A DNA stretch of 64,000 nucleotides from the NCBI GenBank assembly GCA_905181715.1, contig CAJIYT010000022.1:26466-90465 (forward strand), given 5' to 3'. The stretch comes from an uncultured Candidatus Poseidoniales archaeon. Its GTDB lineage: Archaea; Thermoplasmatota; Poseidoniia; Poseidoniales; Poseidoniaceae. The notes under the pieces are model-generated. The model was not told the origin of the DNA. It saw nothing but the letters and a program-made list of their open reading frames with translations, and did no database searches. Below, one piece after another: positions 1 to 9,382 of the stretch (the stretch's first letter is position 1; every line of letters begins with the position of its first letter). Both the position numbers and the translations under genes were made by a program.

Positions 1-201
1 TGGAACCGAAAGCGAAACAAGAGTAATTCAAGCAGTGAATAATTCAATTGAGTTCACTCACAAGGGTCTATCCGGACACCCATTACAAAGTTAATGGTAT
101 CAAAGGGTTAGCAGTGGGTCTTTTCATTGCCTAGCGATGCAACACCTGTTTATCGGATTTTTTCGAGGAGATAAACTTCCAAGTTATGTCTTAATCTAAA
201 C

Positions 202-1476
202 TCAACGAGTAGCATAGAAACCCTGAATGACTTGGGTTACTGTTTGGATATCACTGAGATCTCTTTCGACTAAATCTTTCAAAATCTGCATTCTTTGATT
301 GACGTGTTGCTCGAACACTGCGGGCGTAACACCTGATGCTGTGCAAATAGTCTCCCTGAGTTTAGAAGGAATTCCGGTCTCTTCTATCTTATCTTCAGCT
401 GGATTATATTTCCAAATTATATTCAGACGAGGCTTATCGCCTTCCATTCCTGCTACCTCTGCAACTTCAATTATTTTCCTGGCTGTTTTGCCATTAACGT
501 GTAAGCGTGCTTGAATGATAATCAAATCAAGTCCAGTTAGCATAATCGGTGGAACATCCATAGGAGGGTTGATCATTCTGGTGATGGTTTCTTGCCCAGA
601 ATTCGCGTGCAGGCTACCGAAACTACCATCGTGACCAGTATTCATTGCAGTCAATAGAGTAGCACATTCACTACCACGTACCTCTCCAACAATAATGCGG
701 TCAGGGCGCATACGTAGACTTGATTTCAAACAATCATTCATGTCGACTTCAGGAGTACCATCGGGGCGCTCACGCCTGGTCTCCATTCGCAACCAGTGGT
801 CGTGGTAAACCTGCAACTCAGCAGTATCTTCGACAGTAAGTAATCTCTTATCCCAAGGAATGAACATTCCCAAACAATTGAGAGTGGTGGTCTTACCAGA
901 ACCTGTTCCGCCAGCAATAACGAAATTCGCCGGCCTGCTGTCCAATCCCTCAATCCAAACCCACATCATAGCGGCTAGTCTGAGGTTAACAGTGCCCCAT
1001 TGAATCAGATTTATCATAGTCAATGGATCTTCTTGGAATTTTCTAATGGTAAGTGTTGGTCCATCGGGTGTGATTGGTGGTATAGTTCCATTTACACGAG
1101 AACCATCTGGTAGACGTCCATCAAAAATAGGCACTAAGCCGGGACCATCACCGAGTGGTACAGCTGTAAATGCAGCGATATTCTTGCCGATTTGCAAACC
1201 CATTGCATCATCGACCCAAATATTTGTTCGACACATCCCATGCTTACGATGAGCGATTTTGACGCACTGTTGTCCGCCATTATACATTACCTCTTCAAGA
1301 CCATCATCTTCGAATAAAGCCTGAAGGGGTCCATAGGGATTAGAAGGTATATTTTCTAATCCATCTACGTGGTACACTGGTGAAGGATGTGTATCCTCGA
1401 TGTAAATCGTCACTTTGCCATACTGATCTATCACTTCTTCTGCCATTTTTTCAACTCCCTGCGATTTGGTAACCAC
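202..1476 (-). CDS. Type II/IV secretion system ATPase (FlaI/TadA/VirB11 family); pilus/archaellum-type assembly ATPase
   Basis: Walker A GTGSGKTT, conserved LTVEDTAELQ and GEVRG motifs typical of the PilT/VirB11/FlaI ATPase family; 424 aa. Confidence 0.8.
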   Translation of the reverse strand: MVTKSQGVEKMAEEVIDQYGKVTIYIEDTHPSPVYHVDGLENIPSNPYGPLQALFEDDGLEEVMYNGGQQCVKIAHRKHGMCRTNIWVDDAMGLQIGKNIAAFTAVPLGDGPGLVPIFDGRLPDGSRVNGTIPPITPDGPTLTIRKFQEDPLTMINLIQWGTVNLRLAAMMWVWIEGLDSRPANFVIAGGTGSGKTTTLNCLGMFIPWDKRLLTVEDTAELQVYHDHWLRMETRRERPDGTPEVDMNDCLKSSLRMRPDRIIVGEVRGSECATLLTAMNTGHDGSFGSLHANSGQETITRMINPPMDVPPIMLTGLDLIIIQARLHVNGKTARKIIEVAEVAGMEGDKPRLNIIWKYNPAEDKIEETGIPSKLRETICTASGVTPAVFEQHVNQRMQILKDLVERDLSDIQTVTQVIQGFYATR

Positions 1477-2182
1477 CTAGATAGATAAACATAGCAAATG
1501 CCATCCAGATTGGGACGAACCATAGCATTGAACCTAACCTACCTAGCATTCTTCCACTGATAGCGACTGCCATACCAGCACATGCTCCAAAGAATAAAGA
1601 AAAACTACTGTGGAAACCATCTAACTGGAAACCTTTTGACTCCGGTGCGAATAAACCAACTATGAAAGCGATTAGAATCGGTAAACCCATACATAGGAAC
1701 AGAATGATGAGAATCGCTCTTCCCATCAATTCTTCTTCACGCTGGTTCATCAAATCATTAAGTCGTTCATAATCCATAGCCAAATTCGAAAGTATGTCTC
1801 CGAGTGGAGAATCCTGCTCTATTGCGGTCGAAAGAAGATGCATCACACGTTGCACTTGACTTGATCTTGTTTTTGATGCGAAATTTGCAAGAGCGGAATC
1901 GAATGAAGAGGCGTGGCTTTCTTCTAGTGTTGTACGTAATAGTGAGCCAAGTATACCGGTATTTCTCTGTGATTCCGCCTGCATGGCTTGTTGAAGACCA
2001 AGACCTGCTTTCAAAGAATCCGAAAGCGCCTCAAGAAGTGCTGGTAGGTCATTTTCGATCTTCCTCCGGCGTGAACGCTCAAACATCGGTGGCAAACCGC
2101 CCATAACTCCGGCGACTCCAAAAGTGAATAAGACCAAAACAATCGGCTCACCTCTTAGCATTTCCATCAGATCGAATATCAT
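1451..2182 (-). CDS. T2SSF-domain polytopic membrane protein (TadC/FlaJ-like, C-terminal module)
   Basis: N-terminal TM segment, soluble helical segment, then 3-4 C-terminal TM helices; sits directly upstream of the secretion ATPase; stop overlaps the ATPase start region. Confidence 0.5.
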   Translation of the reverse strand: MIFDLMEMLRGEPIVLVLFTFGVAGVMGGLPPMFERSRRRKIENDLPALLEALSDSLKAGLGLQQAMQAESQRNTGILGSLLRTTLEESHASSFDSALANFASKTRSSQVQRVMHLLSTAIEQDSPLGDILSNLAMDYERLNDLMNQREEELMGRAILIILFLCMGLPILIAFIVGLFAPESKGFQLDGFHSSFSLFFGACAGMAVAISGRMLGRLGSMLWFVPIWMAFAMFIYLGGYQIAGS

Positions 2183-2191
2183 GACATCACC

Positions 2192-2767
2192 TCAAAGACC
2201 AGGGTCCTTTGTGTGAGCTTTTAGCCCAATCATCATCATGAATAGTAAAGTGAAGAATAATCCACCAGATACCACTGTATTCATTATTGGTGCATATTCT
2301 GTAACGCCAATGAAATCGGTTTCTTTATCCATCAGTTGCGGGATTACACCGACGATTGCAAGGATGATAGGCCCAATCATGCCAATGGAAAGTAATGTTT
2401 CAGGTAATCCACCAAGTTCCTCGATATACTTCTTTACCGCAGTACTTCTTTCTTCTTCCATCCTTCCAGCTTGCTTGCGTAAGGTCTCGATGAGATCTGT
2501 ATTCTGAGTTACGTTATTGAGCATGGTATTAATCAAGCGCTTATAGCCATCAGTTTCGCAACTACGTAACGTATTACGTAACTCCTTTTCCAGAGATGTT
2601 CCAGCCTGAATATTAGTCATCAAATTACTGAAATCATCTGAAATGATACCATAGCCACCTTGCGAAATACTGTGAATGGTTGCCTCAAGTCCGACTCCTG
2701 AACCAAGTAGGACGTCCATAGTTCGAATGACATAGAGAATTTCTCTAGATTCATCCAAGGCTCGCAT
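2192..2767 (-). CDS. T2SSF-domain membrane protein (TadB/FlaJ-like, N-terminal module)
   Basis: Soluble helical domain followed by hydrophobic helices; separated from the next T2SSF ORF by only 9 nt, so either two separate genes (tadB/tadC-like) or one split flaJ/tadC. Confidence 0.45.
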   Translation of the reverse strand: MRALDESREILYVIRTMDVLLGSGVGLEATIHSISQGGYGIISDDFSNLMTNIQAGTSLEKELRNTLRSCETDGYKRLINTMLNNVTQNTDLIETLRKQAGRMEEERSTAVKKYIEELGGLPETLLSIGMIGPIILAIVGVIPQLMDKETDFIGVTEYAPIMNTVVSGGLFFTLLFMMMIGLKAHTKDPGL

Positions 2768-2779
2768 ATTGGTAACCCC

Positions 2780-3133
2780 TCAACGTATGTCCTCGATCAA
2801 TTCAAATGTGAATTTACCAGTACTTCCTTCAAACCCAAACTTGCTGAAAATAACTTTTACATCGCGCTCGGAAAATGGGTCGTGAATATATGGTTGCCCA
2901 CCTCTAAACATCTCCATGACCTTTTTGTACATCTCTAAGTCCATCTCTCCTTCTATGGTATACTCAGCAGATTCTGCACCTTCATCGATTAAATCATCGC
3001 CTTCGCCACCGTGGGTTATAGTACGAGTCATACGCCTAGTAACCACTACGCTGATATCCACTTCCGGTATTCTAAGCCAATCGCTACTCGATGTCCCATC
3101 TGCAGGACGAATGAAGAAGTCTATTCCAGTCAT
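2780..3133 (-). CDS. Hypothetical acidic protein, first gene of the pilus-ATPase operon
   Basis: 117-aa ORF co-oriented and tightly spaced with the T2SSF genes; no TM segment and no recognisable motif. Confidence 0.3.
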   Translation of the reverse strand: MTGIDFFIRPADGTSSSDWLRIPEVDISVVVTRRMTRTITHGGEGDDLIDEGAESAEYTIEGEMDLEMYKKVMEMFRGGQPYIHDPFSERDVKVIFSKFGFEGSTGKFTFELIEDIR

Positions 3134-3192
3134 GTATCTACCCTGACCTCGACACGTGGGTCAAGGACTTGAATGTGTTGGATAATATTGGC

Positions 3193-4128
3193 TCAGGTAC
3201 GCTTGAACCAACCGAACCTAGGTTCGTGGATTTCTCCGCCATCAGATAATTCATCGAGCATGGCTTCAGCAGCATCTCTTTCATGCCCACGTGCTGCTGC
3301 GTTGGAAAGTAAAGTATCAAAATCAACACCTTCACCTTGGTCGAGTGCATCTATCAACTCGAGTATTGTTTGCTTGAGGTCTGATTCTGAAGCAGGTTCC
3401 TCTTTAGCCTGTGGGGTTTCCTCTCTTTGTTCAAAAGTTTCTTCCTTAGGAGTTGGTTTTTCCCTAACAATATCCTTGTTTTCGATGATATCCAATGCTT
3501 GCATAATGTTGAAACGATACATCTCAGAATCAAACTCACCATAATGAGGTTTAGCCAAAATCAGTCCATCGATTAGATGTTCTGGAATACCAGCTTCACT
3601 TAACGATGCTCGATTGGTTTCTAGGGATGCGGTTTTCTGCTGGGCGTCGAGACGAATCAAAGTCTGCTCGCAAGCCTTGGCTAACCATTCACGGTAAACA
3701 GATGGTGAAATGATGCAAGCCTCCTCTGGTCTTAGGCTGGTGTAGACCGAACCTTCTTCGTTCTGGAACCAGCGCGCTTTGGCAACCATCAAAAGCATCA
3801 AAGATTCACCAGATTCAATGCGTGCTGCCAAATCAATGACCATTTCACGCATCGCTTCAGTAGCGTAATCGCCGACTGAGAAGTAGTGTAATCCGGATGG
3901 ATCACGCAATTGTCCCTGGTAAAGAGTGCTACCGTTTGCAGTCTCGCGTGGCTCGAGTCTCTCAATTAAGCCAGCAACTATCAAACGATTGGCCTTAGCT
4001 CCCAACTTGGTAATTACGAAGGAAGGATCAAATTCGCCTGAACCTTTCTCGTGCAGCGATGATTCGCTAAATTCAGAAGCGAGCATATGCCATGCGGGCT
4101 GTCGTGGAGAACGACGAGTTATGACCAT
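3193..4128 (-). CDS. RPA-associated protein-like (COG3390-like OB-fold protein) with acidic linker and C-terminal winged-helix-like segment
   Basis: Start codon abuts the stop of the upstream RPA gene (translational coupling). The rpa-rpap gene pairing is known from euryarchaea. Assignment is by context and composition only. Confidence 0.4.
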   Translation of the reverse strand: MVITRRSPRQPAWHMLASEFSESSLHEKGSGEFDPSFVITKLGAKANRLIVAGLIERLEPRETANGSTLYQGQLRDPSGLHYFSVGDYATEAMREMVIDLAARIESGESLMLLMVAKARWFQNEEGSVYTSLRPEEACIISPSVYREWLAKACEQTLIRLDAQQKTASLETNRASLSEAGIPEHLIDGLILAKPHYGEFDSEMYRFNIMQALDIIENKDIVREKPTPKEETFEQREETPQAKEEPASESDLKQTILELIDALDQGEGVDFDTLLSNAAARGHERDAAEAMLDELSDGGEIHEPRFGWFKRT

Positions 4129-5808
4129 CTAAGCCACCCCCCAGTGCTGACGTAATTCAGCGGCTAGGAGAACTGTGTCCACTACTTCAATGGTGCAGGA
4201 TTCTGCCAATAACATCGCACCTTGTTCGTCGACGATTGTTCGGCCAACCGCAGTTAGTTTCCTCCCCAACATCCGCTCACGTAATGACTGGACGAAAACC
4301 GCCTGTCCGTCTGCTGTAATGCGATCTTTGATCTCATCTTCAGTCGAACTAAGTAGTGTCAAGCAAGCATCTCGATTTACGATCAGTGAAAGAGTTGCGC
4401 TACCATCGTCTAGTACCATTCGCAAACGGACATCCTCAACACCTTCTTGCTCACCATGAGTCGCACAAGCTCCTTCGCGCAAAACTCGTTTACAATCGCT
4501 ACAGCGCCTTATTAGCCCAGAATCATCACGGATAGAAACTATGGTTCCAGCGGTTGAAATACCAACTCGGCTAGCGCCAGAAGTCAGTGAATTCAATTCG
4601 ACTTCGACTACGTTTTCAGAAAGGTCAAGGTCTTTTTCCCACGGTGGACTGGCGAGCAATTCAATTTGCTCGGCACTGTCGACAGTGATGTCGGGTATTC
4701 CTTGCCATGCTCGAACCCTAGCCCCAGTAATCTTGACTATAACTGGTAAATCAGCCTCTGTGAAAGGTGGTTGTTGCCAGCAACTCATCCGGCAACGACC
4801 AGTAGGGTCAGCGACTTCACCTGACCATACCTTGCCCTCTTCTCCACCTTCTTTGCTAAAGGTTCTGACAAGGATATTTTGCACTTCGACAACACACTCA
4901 ACATCGCGATTGCCGTCGGTTAAATCCTCTATTTTGGAAACTGTTAGCACCGATAAATCGTCGAGGCTGGTGAAGTTTGTATCCCTATAGACCTCTACCT
5001 TAGTCGAACGACCAATGTTTAACTCTGGTGTATTTCTGAAACTACGAACCTGAGCATGTTGGATTTTTACCAGACTACCAACCTCGTGAGTAAATGGTTC
5101 CCAGGATAGAAATCCAATCACACCAGAATCATCACCGATTCGACCACGAACAACATCGAGAGTACCGCTACCATCCTTACGATGAATGACATCCTCTCTA
5201 CTGGCTAATACTCGGCCGACAACAGTGACCATACCTTCGCCTTTAACGGACGAGATTTCAACTGGCTCACTAGGATTTACAACATCTCTAGAGCCTTCTT
5301 GTAATACTACTATTCTACTGCTCTGATTGATGTTTAGGCTCATCTTACCTTGGTATTCGTTAACCGAAACACCTTCTAAACGAACTATTGCTCCTGGTGA
5401 TAGATTCTGATTATGACCCCAGTCCTTGTAATCCCAGAGTTCACCCTCTCCCTCTGCCCATGGCATATCTTCTACTGAACCAAAGGCGATTTGCTTCTCT
5501 TCGCCTCTAATCATTTGCACACGAGGATTGTGAGTGGTTATCTTGACTTCGATTTCTATATTACGATCATCGCCTTTCAACTCAGAAAAGCGATTGACCT
5601 TACGATTTGGCAATGCTGCTGAAGATGAAGCGCCACCAGTTGCTGGTTTCACTTCGCCCAAATCACTTTGGAAGCGGCGTAATACCGAACGGAATGCATC
5701 TTCAGGTGGAACCATGAAATCCTTCTCATAACGAACGAAGGCTTCCTCTACTTTCTTTGGATCAGCGCCGGGGACCTGTGCGACCACCTGCTGGACATGA
5801 ACATCCAT
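4129..5808 (-). CDS. rpa: Replication protein A (ssDNA-binding protein; multiple OB folds plus C4 zinc ribbon)
   Basis: Repeated OB-fold-like blocks and a CxxC...CxxH zinc-ribbon-like motif (CSDCKRVLREGACATHGE), typical of archaeal RPA1-like architecture. Start trimmed to the internal ATG at 5808 (MDVHVQQ), which has an upstream GAGGTG. Confidence 0.6.
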   Translation of the reverse strand: MDVHVQQVVAQVPGADPKKVEEAFVRYEKDFMVPPEDAFRSVLRRFQSDLGEVKPATGGASSSAALPNRKVNRFSELKGDDRNIEIEVKITTHNPRVQMIRGEEKQIAFGSVEDMPWAEGEGELWDYKDWGHNQNLSPGAIVRLEGVSVNEYQGKMSLNINQSSRIVVLQEGSRDVVNPSEPVEISSVKGEGMVTVVGRVLASREDVIHRKDGSGTLDVVRGRIGDDSGVIGFLSWEPFTHEVGSLVKIQHAQVRSFRNTPELNIGRSTKVEVYRDTNFTSLDDLSVLTVSKIEDLTDGNRDVECVVEVQNILVRTFSKEGGEEGKVWSGEVADPTGRCRMSCWQQPPFTEADLPVIVKITGARVRAWQGIPDITVDSAEQIELLASPPWEKDLDLSENVVEVELNSLTSGASRVGISTAGTIVSIRDDSGLIRRCSDCKRVLREGACATHGEQEGVEDVRLRMVLDDGSATLSLIVNRDACLTLLSSTEDEIKDRITADGQAVFVQSLRERMLGRKLTAVGRTIVDEQGAMLLAESCTIEVVDTVLLAAELRQHWGVA

Positions 5809-5982
5809 GTCGGATGTCACGAATGACACCTCTGCACAATCCTTCTTCTTCGAAGCTTGCGCAATGGCAAGGCATCGGGCTCTCGTGTTGGTTGGGTTAG
5901 ACAATACACTACCTTTGACCTCCGTGGAGCCAGACGGTTTGCACGACGGTTCATGAAGTATACCCATGCCAAACTTGGGAAA

Positions 5983-7383
5983 TCAAGCGGGATTTATCCG
6001 CAGTCCTTGCTTGAGCAATACATCGGGCAAATACATCGATCCACTCGAATAGGAGCCGTTGCTGCGAATTTTGTCGCCGAGCATCAAATCACCAGCCAAT
6101 GCCTTTCCGATATTCCCGCTTAGACCAGCTTGTTTGAGAGAACCGATTATTTCTCCTTCTTCAACTCGAAGAACCATAGAAGTCGTAACCGAAAAATCCC
6201 CACTGGTAGGATTGGCGGTATGTGCGCCCATTACGCTGTGTACGATATATCCTTCATCCATCTCCTCTATCAATGAATCACGAGAATGAGATTTTTGTGA
6301 ACTTTGCAATAAGAGGTTACCACAGCCAGTCCCCGGTGGAGATTGGTAACCACCACGTGATGCAGAACCGGTCGTCTGCGCATGCTCAACCTTACCTTCT
6401 GCAACCATTCGGCAAGCATCTCTGGTCGACCAGAGCGAGGACTGTAAACGTCCGCTATCAACTAAGGTTTGACGTTTTGTAAGCACCCCCTCACCATCGC
6501 GTGAAGAAGAGGACATTCCTCCTTCCATTATTCTATCATCGATAATAGTGAGATGATCTGCAATGACCTTCTCGCCCATGCGTTTAGACCAGAAAGATTC
6601 GCCCTGGGCGATTCTTTCACCCATTAAAGCGGTGGGGACAACCATAGAAAATAGTGGTGAGAAACCTTGTGCTGTCATCAATACTGGACAATCACTCACC
6701 TCTCCACTATCGATGGTATTTCGAGTGATTTGTGCCCAATAAACCGCTCTCTCTATCACTTGTTCAACATCACTCAATTGACTGCGAGAAGATGAACCTT
6801 CGTATGCACTGGTCAAATGATCATCCTCATCGATACCGACCTGGATGCCAAAACCATGCGAGGTATGTATTCCTCCATCCTCAATGCCATTGCTGTTGAT
6901 AATTACCTCTGCTCCAGCGCCAGCACCAATACCGCCACCAGTGACAACAGCCCGTGAATCAAGAGCTGTGACTGAACTTAGAATTTCATCTGCTTGCTCA
7001 AGAATATCATCGCTACTCATATCGATTATTCGTCGATCTATCAAACCTGAAGTTGCAGCCGAACCAGAGTCGACCGGTAACTCGAAACCTGCTATAGAAG
7101 GTGACTTACGGGCGATAGAGAGTGCATCTTGGACTGCTCTTTGTGCGCCGCTTGCATCTGCCAGATGAGCATAGCCATAGCGGCCATCTTCGACCACTCT
7201 CAAGCCCAATCCTCCAGAGCCGCCGCCTGCGGCAAGAGAGATCTTTCCGGCTTCTAAATCGATTGAGTGGCCATAGTCTTGCTCACCGACAACCTCCCAT
7301 TGCTGAAGAGAATTGCTTTCACAGACCTTAGCGACCGCTCTCGCAGACTCCATTAAGCGTTCCAATGCATCATCTGGTAACAA
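5983..7383 (-). CDS. PmbA/TldE family metallopeptidase-associated protein
   Basis: Gly-rich TldD/PmbA (peptidase U62) family fold lacking HExxxH; immediately downstream of the tldD-like gene. Confidence 0.75.
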   Translation of the reverse strand: MLPDDALERLMESARAVAKVCESNSLQQWEVVGEQDYGHSIDLEAGKISLAAGGGSGGLGLRVVEDGRYGYAHLADASGAQRAVQDALSIARKSPSIAGFELPVDSGSAATSGLIDRRIIDMSSDDILEQADEILSSVTALDSRAVVTGGGIGAGAGAEVIINSNGIEDGGIHTSHGFGIQVGIDEDDHLTSAYEGSSSRSQLSDVEQVIERAVYWAQITRNTIDSGEVSDCPVLMTAQGFSPLFSMVVPTALMGERIAQGESFWSKRMGEKVIADHLTIIDDRIMEGGMSSSSRDGEGVLTKRQTLVDSGRLQSSLWSTRDACRMVAEGKVEHAQTTGSASRGGYQSPPGTGCGNLLLQSSQKSHSRDSLIEEMDEGYIVHSVMGAHTANPTSGDFSVTTSMVLRVEEGEIIGSLKQAGLSGNIGKALAGDLMLGDKIRSNGSYSSGSMYLPDVLLKQGLRINPA

Positions 7384-7385
7384 TT

Positions 7386-8828
7386 TCAGCCCACCAGTGC
7401 CTCTTTGATTCGCATCAATGGACCACCGTCGCCTACTGGCACAGTTTGCCCTTTACCACAAAAACCTGGAGCTGCGAGTGCAGCATCACGAGTTAAGCCA
7501 TCGACTTGTTTGAGGATTTGTAGAGTCATCCCACTTACACTGACATCCTTTAGTGGATTTGTGAGTTCACCGTTTTCTATTAACCAGGCTTCCTGTGCTG
7601 CGAATTGGAACGAACCGCGGCCAGTATCAACCTGTCCTCCGCGCGAACCACAAGCAAATACCCCGTGATCTATATCTTCAATTAATTCATCCAAATCACG
7701 ATGATTGCCACCCATAATCATAGTATTAGACATCCGAACTAAGGGGTGGTGAAGTCCATCTTGAGCCCTTGCTGCACCATTTGGTATCAGATCGAATTTG
7801 TGTGCGGTTTCACGATGGTTGAGATAATCGGTGAGTACACCATTTTCGATTAATGATTTAGTTCTAGTATCTACTCCTTCATCATCGATGGGGTAGGCTC
7901 CATAGCCACCTCTAATCATCGGATCATCGATTACAGTAACAATATCTGAACCTATCTTCTCACCCAATTTACCCTCTAAACAAGAATCTCCGGCAGCGAC
8001 TAGGTCTGCTTCACATGGGTGACCTAATGCCTCGTGAATGTATACTCCAGTCAAATCTCTGTCGGCAACCAAGGTCATCTTACCAGAAGGTGCCCTTTCT
8101 GCACTGAGTAAACGTATGGCTGATTCCCTGCAAGTTCGACCCATATTACCTAAATCGGTGGCTTCGATTAATTCCAGTCCACCTTCACCACCGGTACGGG
8201 AACGGTAAGAGACTACATCATCTCCATCTCTGGCTGTAACCATGGTATTGGTCATTATTCGCTGAAATGACCAAGTCCTATCCATCCCTTCGCTAGTTAG
8301 TAACTCGTGGTGAAGATGTTCATCTGACCAACCACAGCGAACCGAGATAATTCTCTCATCATCGTCTGCTTCTGCGTGAACCTGACCCATCATCTCCAGA
8401 CGGGTTTCAAGGTCTATTTCACGGACATCCTTAGGGGCATTCCAGTGTAATTCGTCTTGGATGATAGGAACCTCTGCCAAACTAACTCCTACGTCTGCTC
8501 TATTGCGACGCAATGCTACGGCCTTGGCTAAACGAACCGTCGATTCTATCTGACTGGGTATTGATGCTATGTCAGTGGTTGAATGTACTCCCCATGCACC
8601 GTCAGCGAGAATACGTAAGGTTGCACCTACTTCTTGACCAGGAATAGCGCTGTGCAATTTTCCATCACGAAGACTGGCTGAATTAGTAGTTTCACAAACC
8701 AAACGCAATTCAGCATATTGTGCACCTTCGGCTAATGCTAAGTCAAGAGCAGGTTGGATTTTATCTCGATCTAGTAAATGCATTCTGCCCTGACTAGGGC
8801 CTTCTTGGGCACGGGTAGCAATGACCAT
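7386..8828 (-). CDS. TldD family zinc metalloprotease
   Basis: HEALGH (HExxxH) motif and the conserved GxC / GGxVDTGRG C-terminal region of TldD; 480 aa. Confidence 0.8.
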   Translation of the reverse strand: MVIATRAQEGPSQGRMHLLDRDKIQPALDLALAEGAQYAELRLVCETTNSASLRDGKLHSAIPGQEVGATLRILADGAWGVHSTTDIASIPSQIESTVRLAKAVALRRNRADVGVSLAEVPIIQDELHWNAPKDVREIDLETRLEMMGQVHAEADDDERIISVRCGWSDEHLHHELLTSEGMDRTWSFQRIMTNTMVTARDGDDVVSYRSRTGGEGGLELIEATDLGNMGRTCRESAIRLLSAERAPSGKMTLVADRDLTGVYIHEALGHPCEADLVAAGDSCLEGKLGEKIGSDIVTVIDDPMIRGGYGAYPIDDEGVDTRTKSLIENGVLTDYLNHRETAHKFDLIPNGAARAQDGLHHPLVRMSNTMIMGGNHRDLDELIEDIDHGVFACGSRGGQVDTGRGSFQFAAQEAWLIENGELTNPLKDVSVSGMTLQILKQVDGLTRDAALAAPGFCGKGQTVPVGDGGPLMRIKEALVG

Positions 8829-8870
8829 GCAAGGCGGTTATCTAGGCGGGTTTTCAACCCTTGTGTATTC

Positions 8871-9356
8871 TCACTCGAATTGACCAAGATGGAGATGGCC
8901 GATACAAACCGCTTCGCCCCGACCGGTTTCTATCCCCAGCATTCGTTCATCGACCAATTCGGGAACTGGTCTCGTGGCTAGAATTTCGAGATTCATTTTT
9001 TGGGCAACTGCTGTGAAATTTGAGTTCTCATCACCACCAAGATGAGCTAGCCATGCTTCACTATCACCCTTTGAAACACCGGCACGTGAAAAGCCATACG
9101 ATACATGACTGGTTCCAGATAACAAACGTAAATATTCTCCATCTACCGATTGACTTAGCATTTCATCTCGCTCTTTACCACGCAGCAATACATCCCATGC
9201 CGCCCAAGCATGAGTCTCACTGGCCAATGCAGATTGTGAAATAAGCACCCAGTATTCATCAGGACGCTGCGCTATCCATTCTGTGACCAATTCCCGCTGA
9301 TTGGCAATCTCTTGTGGAAATTTAACCCGAACACAGGGGAATTGAGTGATGCTCAT
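8871..9356 (-). CDS. Hypothetical protein
   Basis: 161-aa ORF co-oriented between tldD and hel308; terminal GHLHLG His cluster hints at metal binding but there is no clear family. Confidence 0.3.
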   Translation of the reverse strand: MSITQFPCVRVKFPQEIANQRELVTEWIAQRPDEYWVLISQSALASETHAWAAWDVLLRGKERDEMLSQSVDGEYLRLLSGTSHVSYGFSRAGVSKGDSEAWLAHLGGDENSNFTAVAQKMNLEILATRPVPELVDERMLGIETGRGEAVCIGHLHLGQFE

Positions 9357-9382
9357 ATCAAAGGCGAAGCAGCGTCAGTTCA

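Noticed and set aside
1-201. Possible tRNA or other ncRNA in the 5'-terminal non-coding stretch and in the other >150-nt intergenic regions (61172..61341, 23265..23472)
   Set aside because: No cloverleaf-compatible stem pattern or conserved T-loop (GTTCRANYC) was seen by eye; these regions are best explained as promoter or terminator DNA.
1451-2767. Calling the two T2SSF ORFs a pseudogene (frameshifted flaJ)
   Set aside because: Separate tadB/tadC-like genes, each with one T2SSF domain, are equally consistent; this cannot be decided without alignment, so they are kept as two CDS.
4541-4990. 149-aa ORF antisense to rpa
   Set aside because: Embedded antisense with no motif or RBS; spurious.
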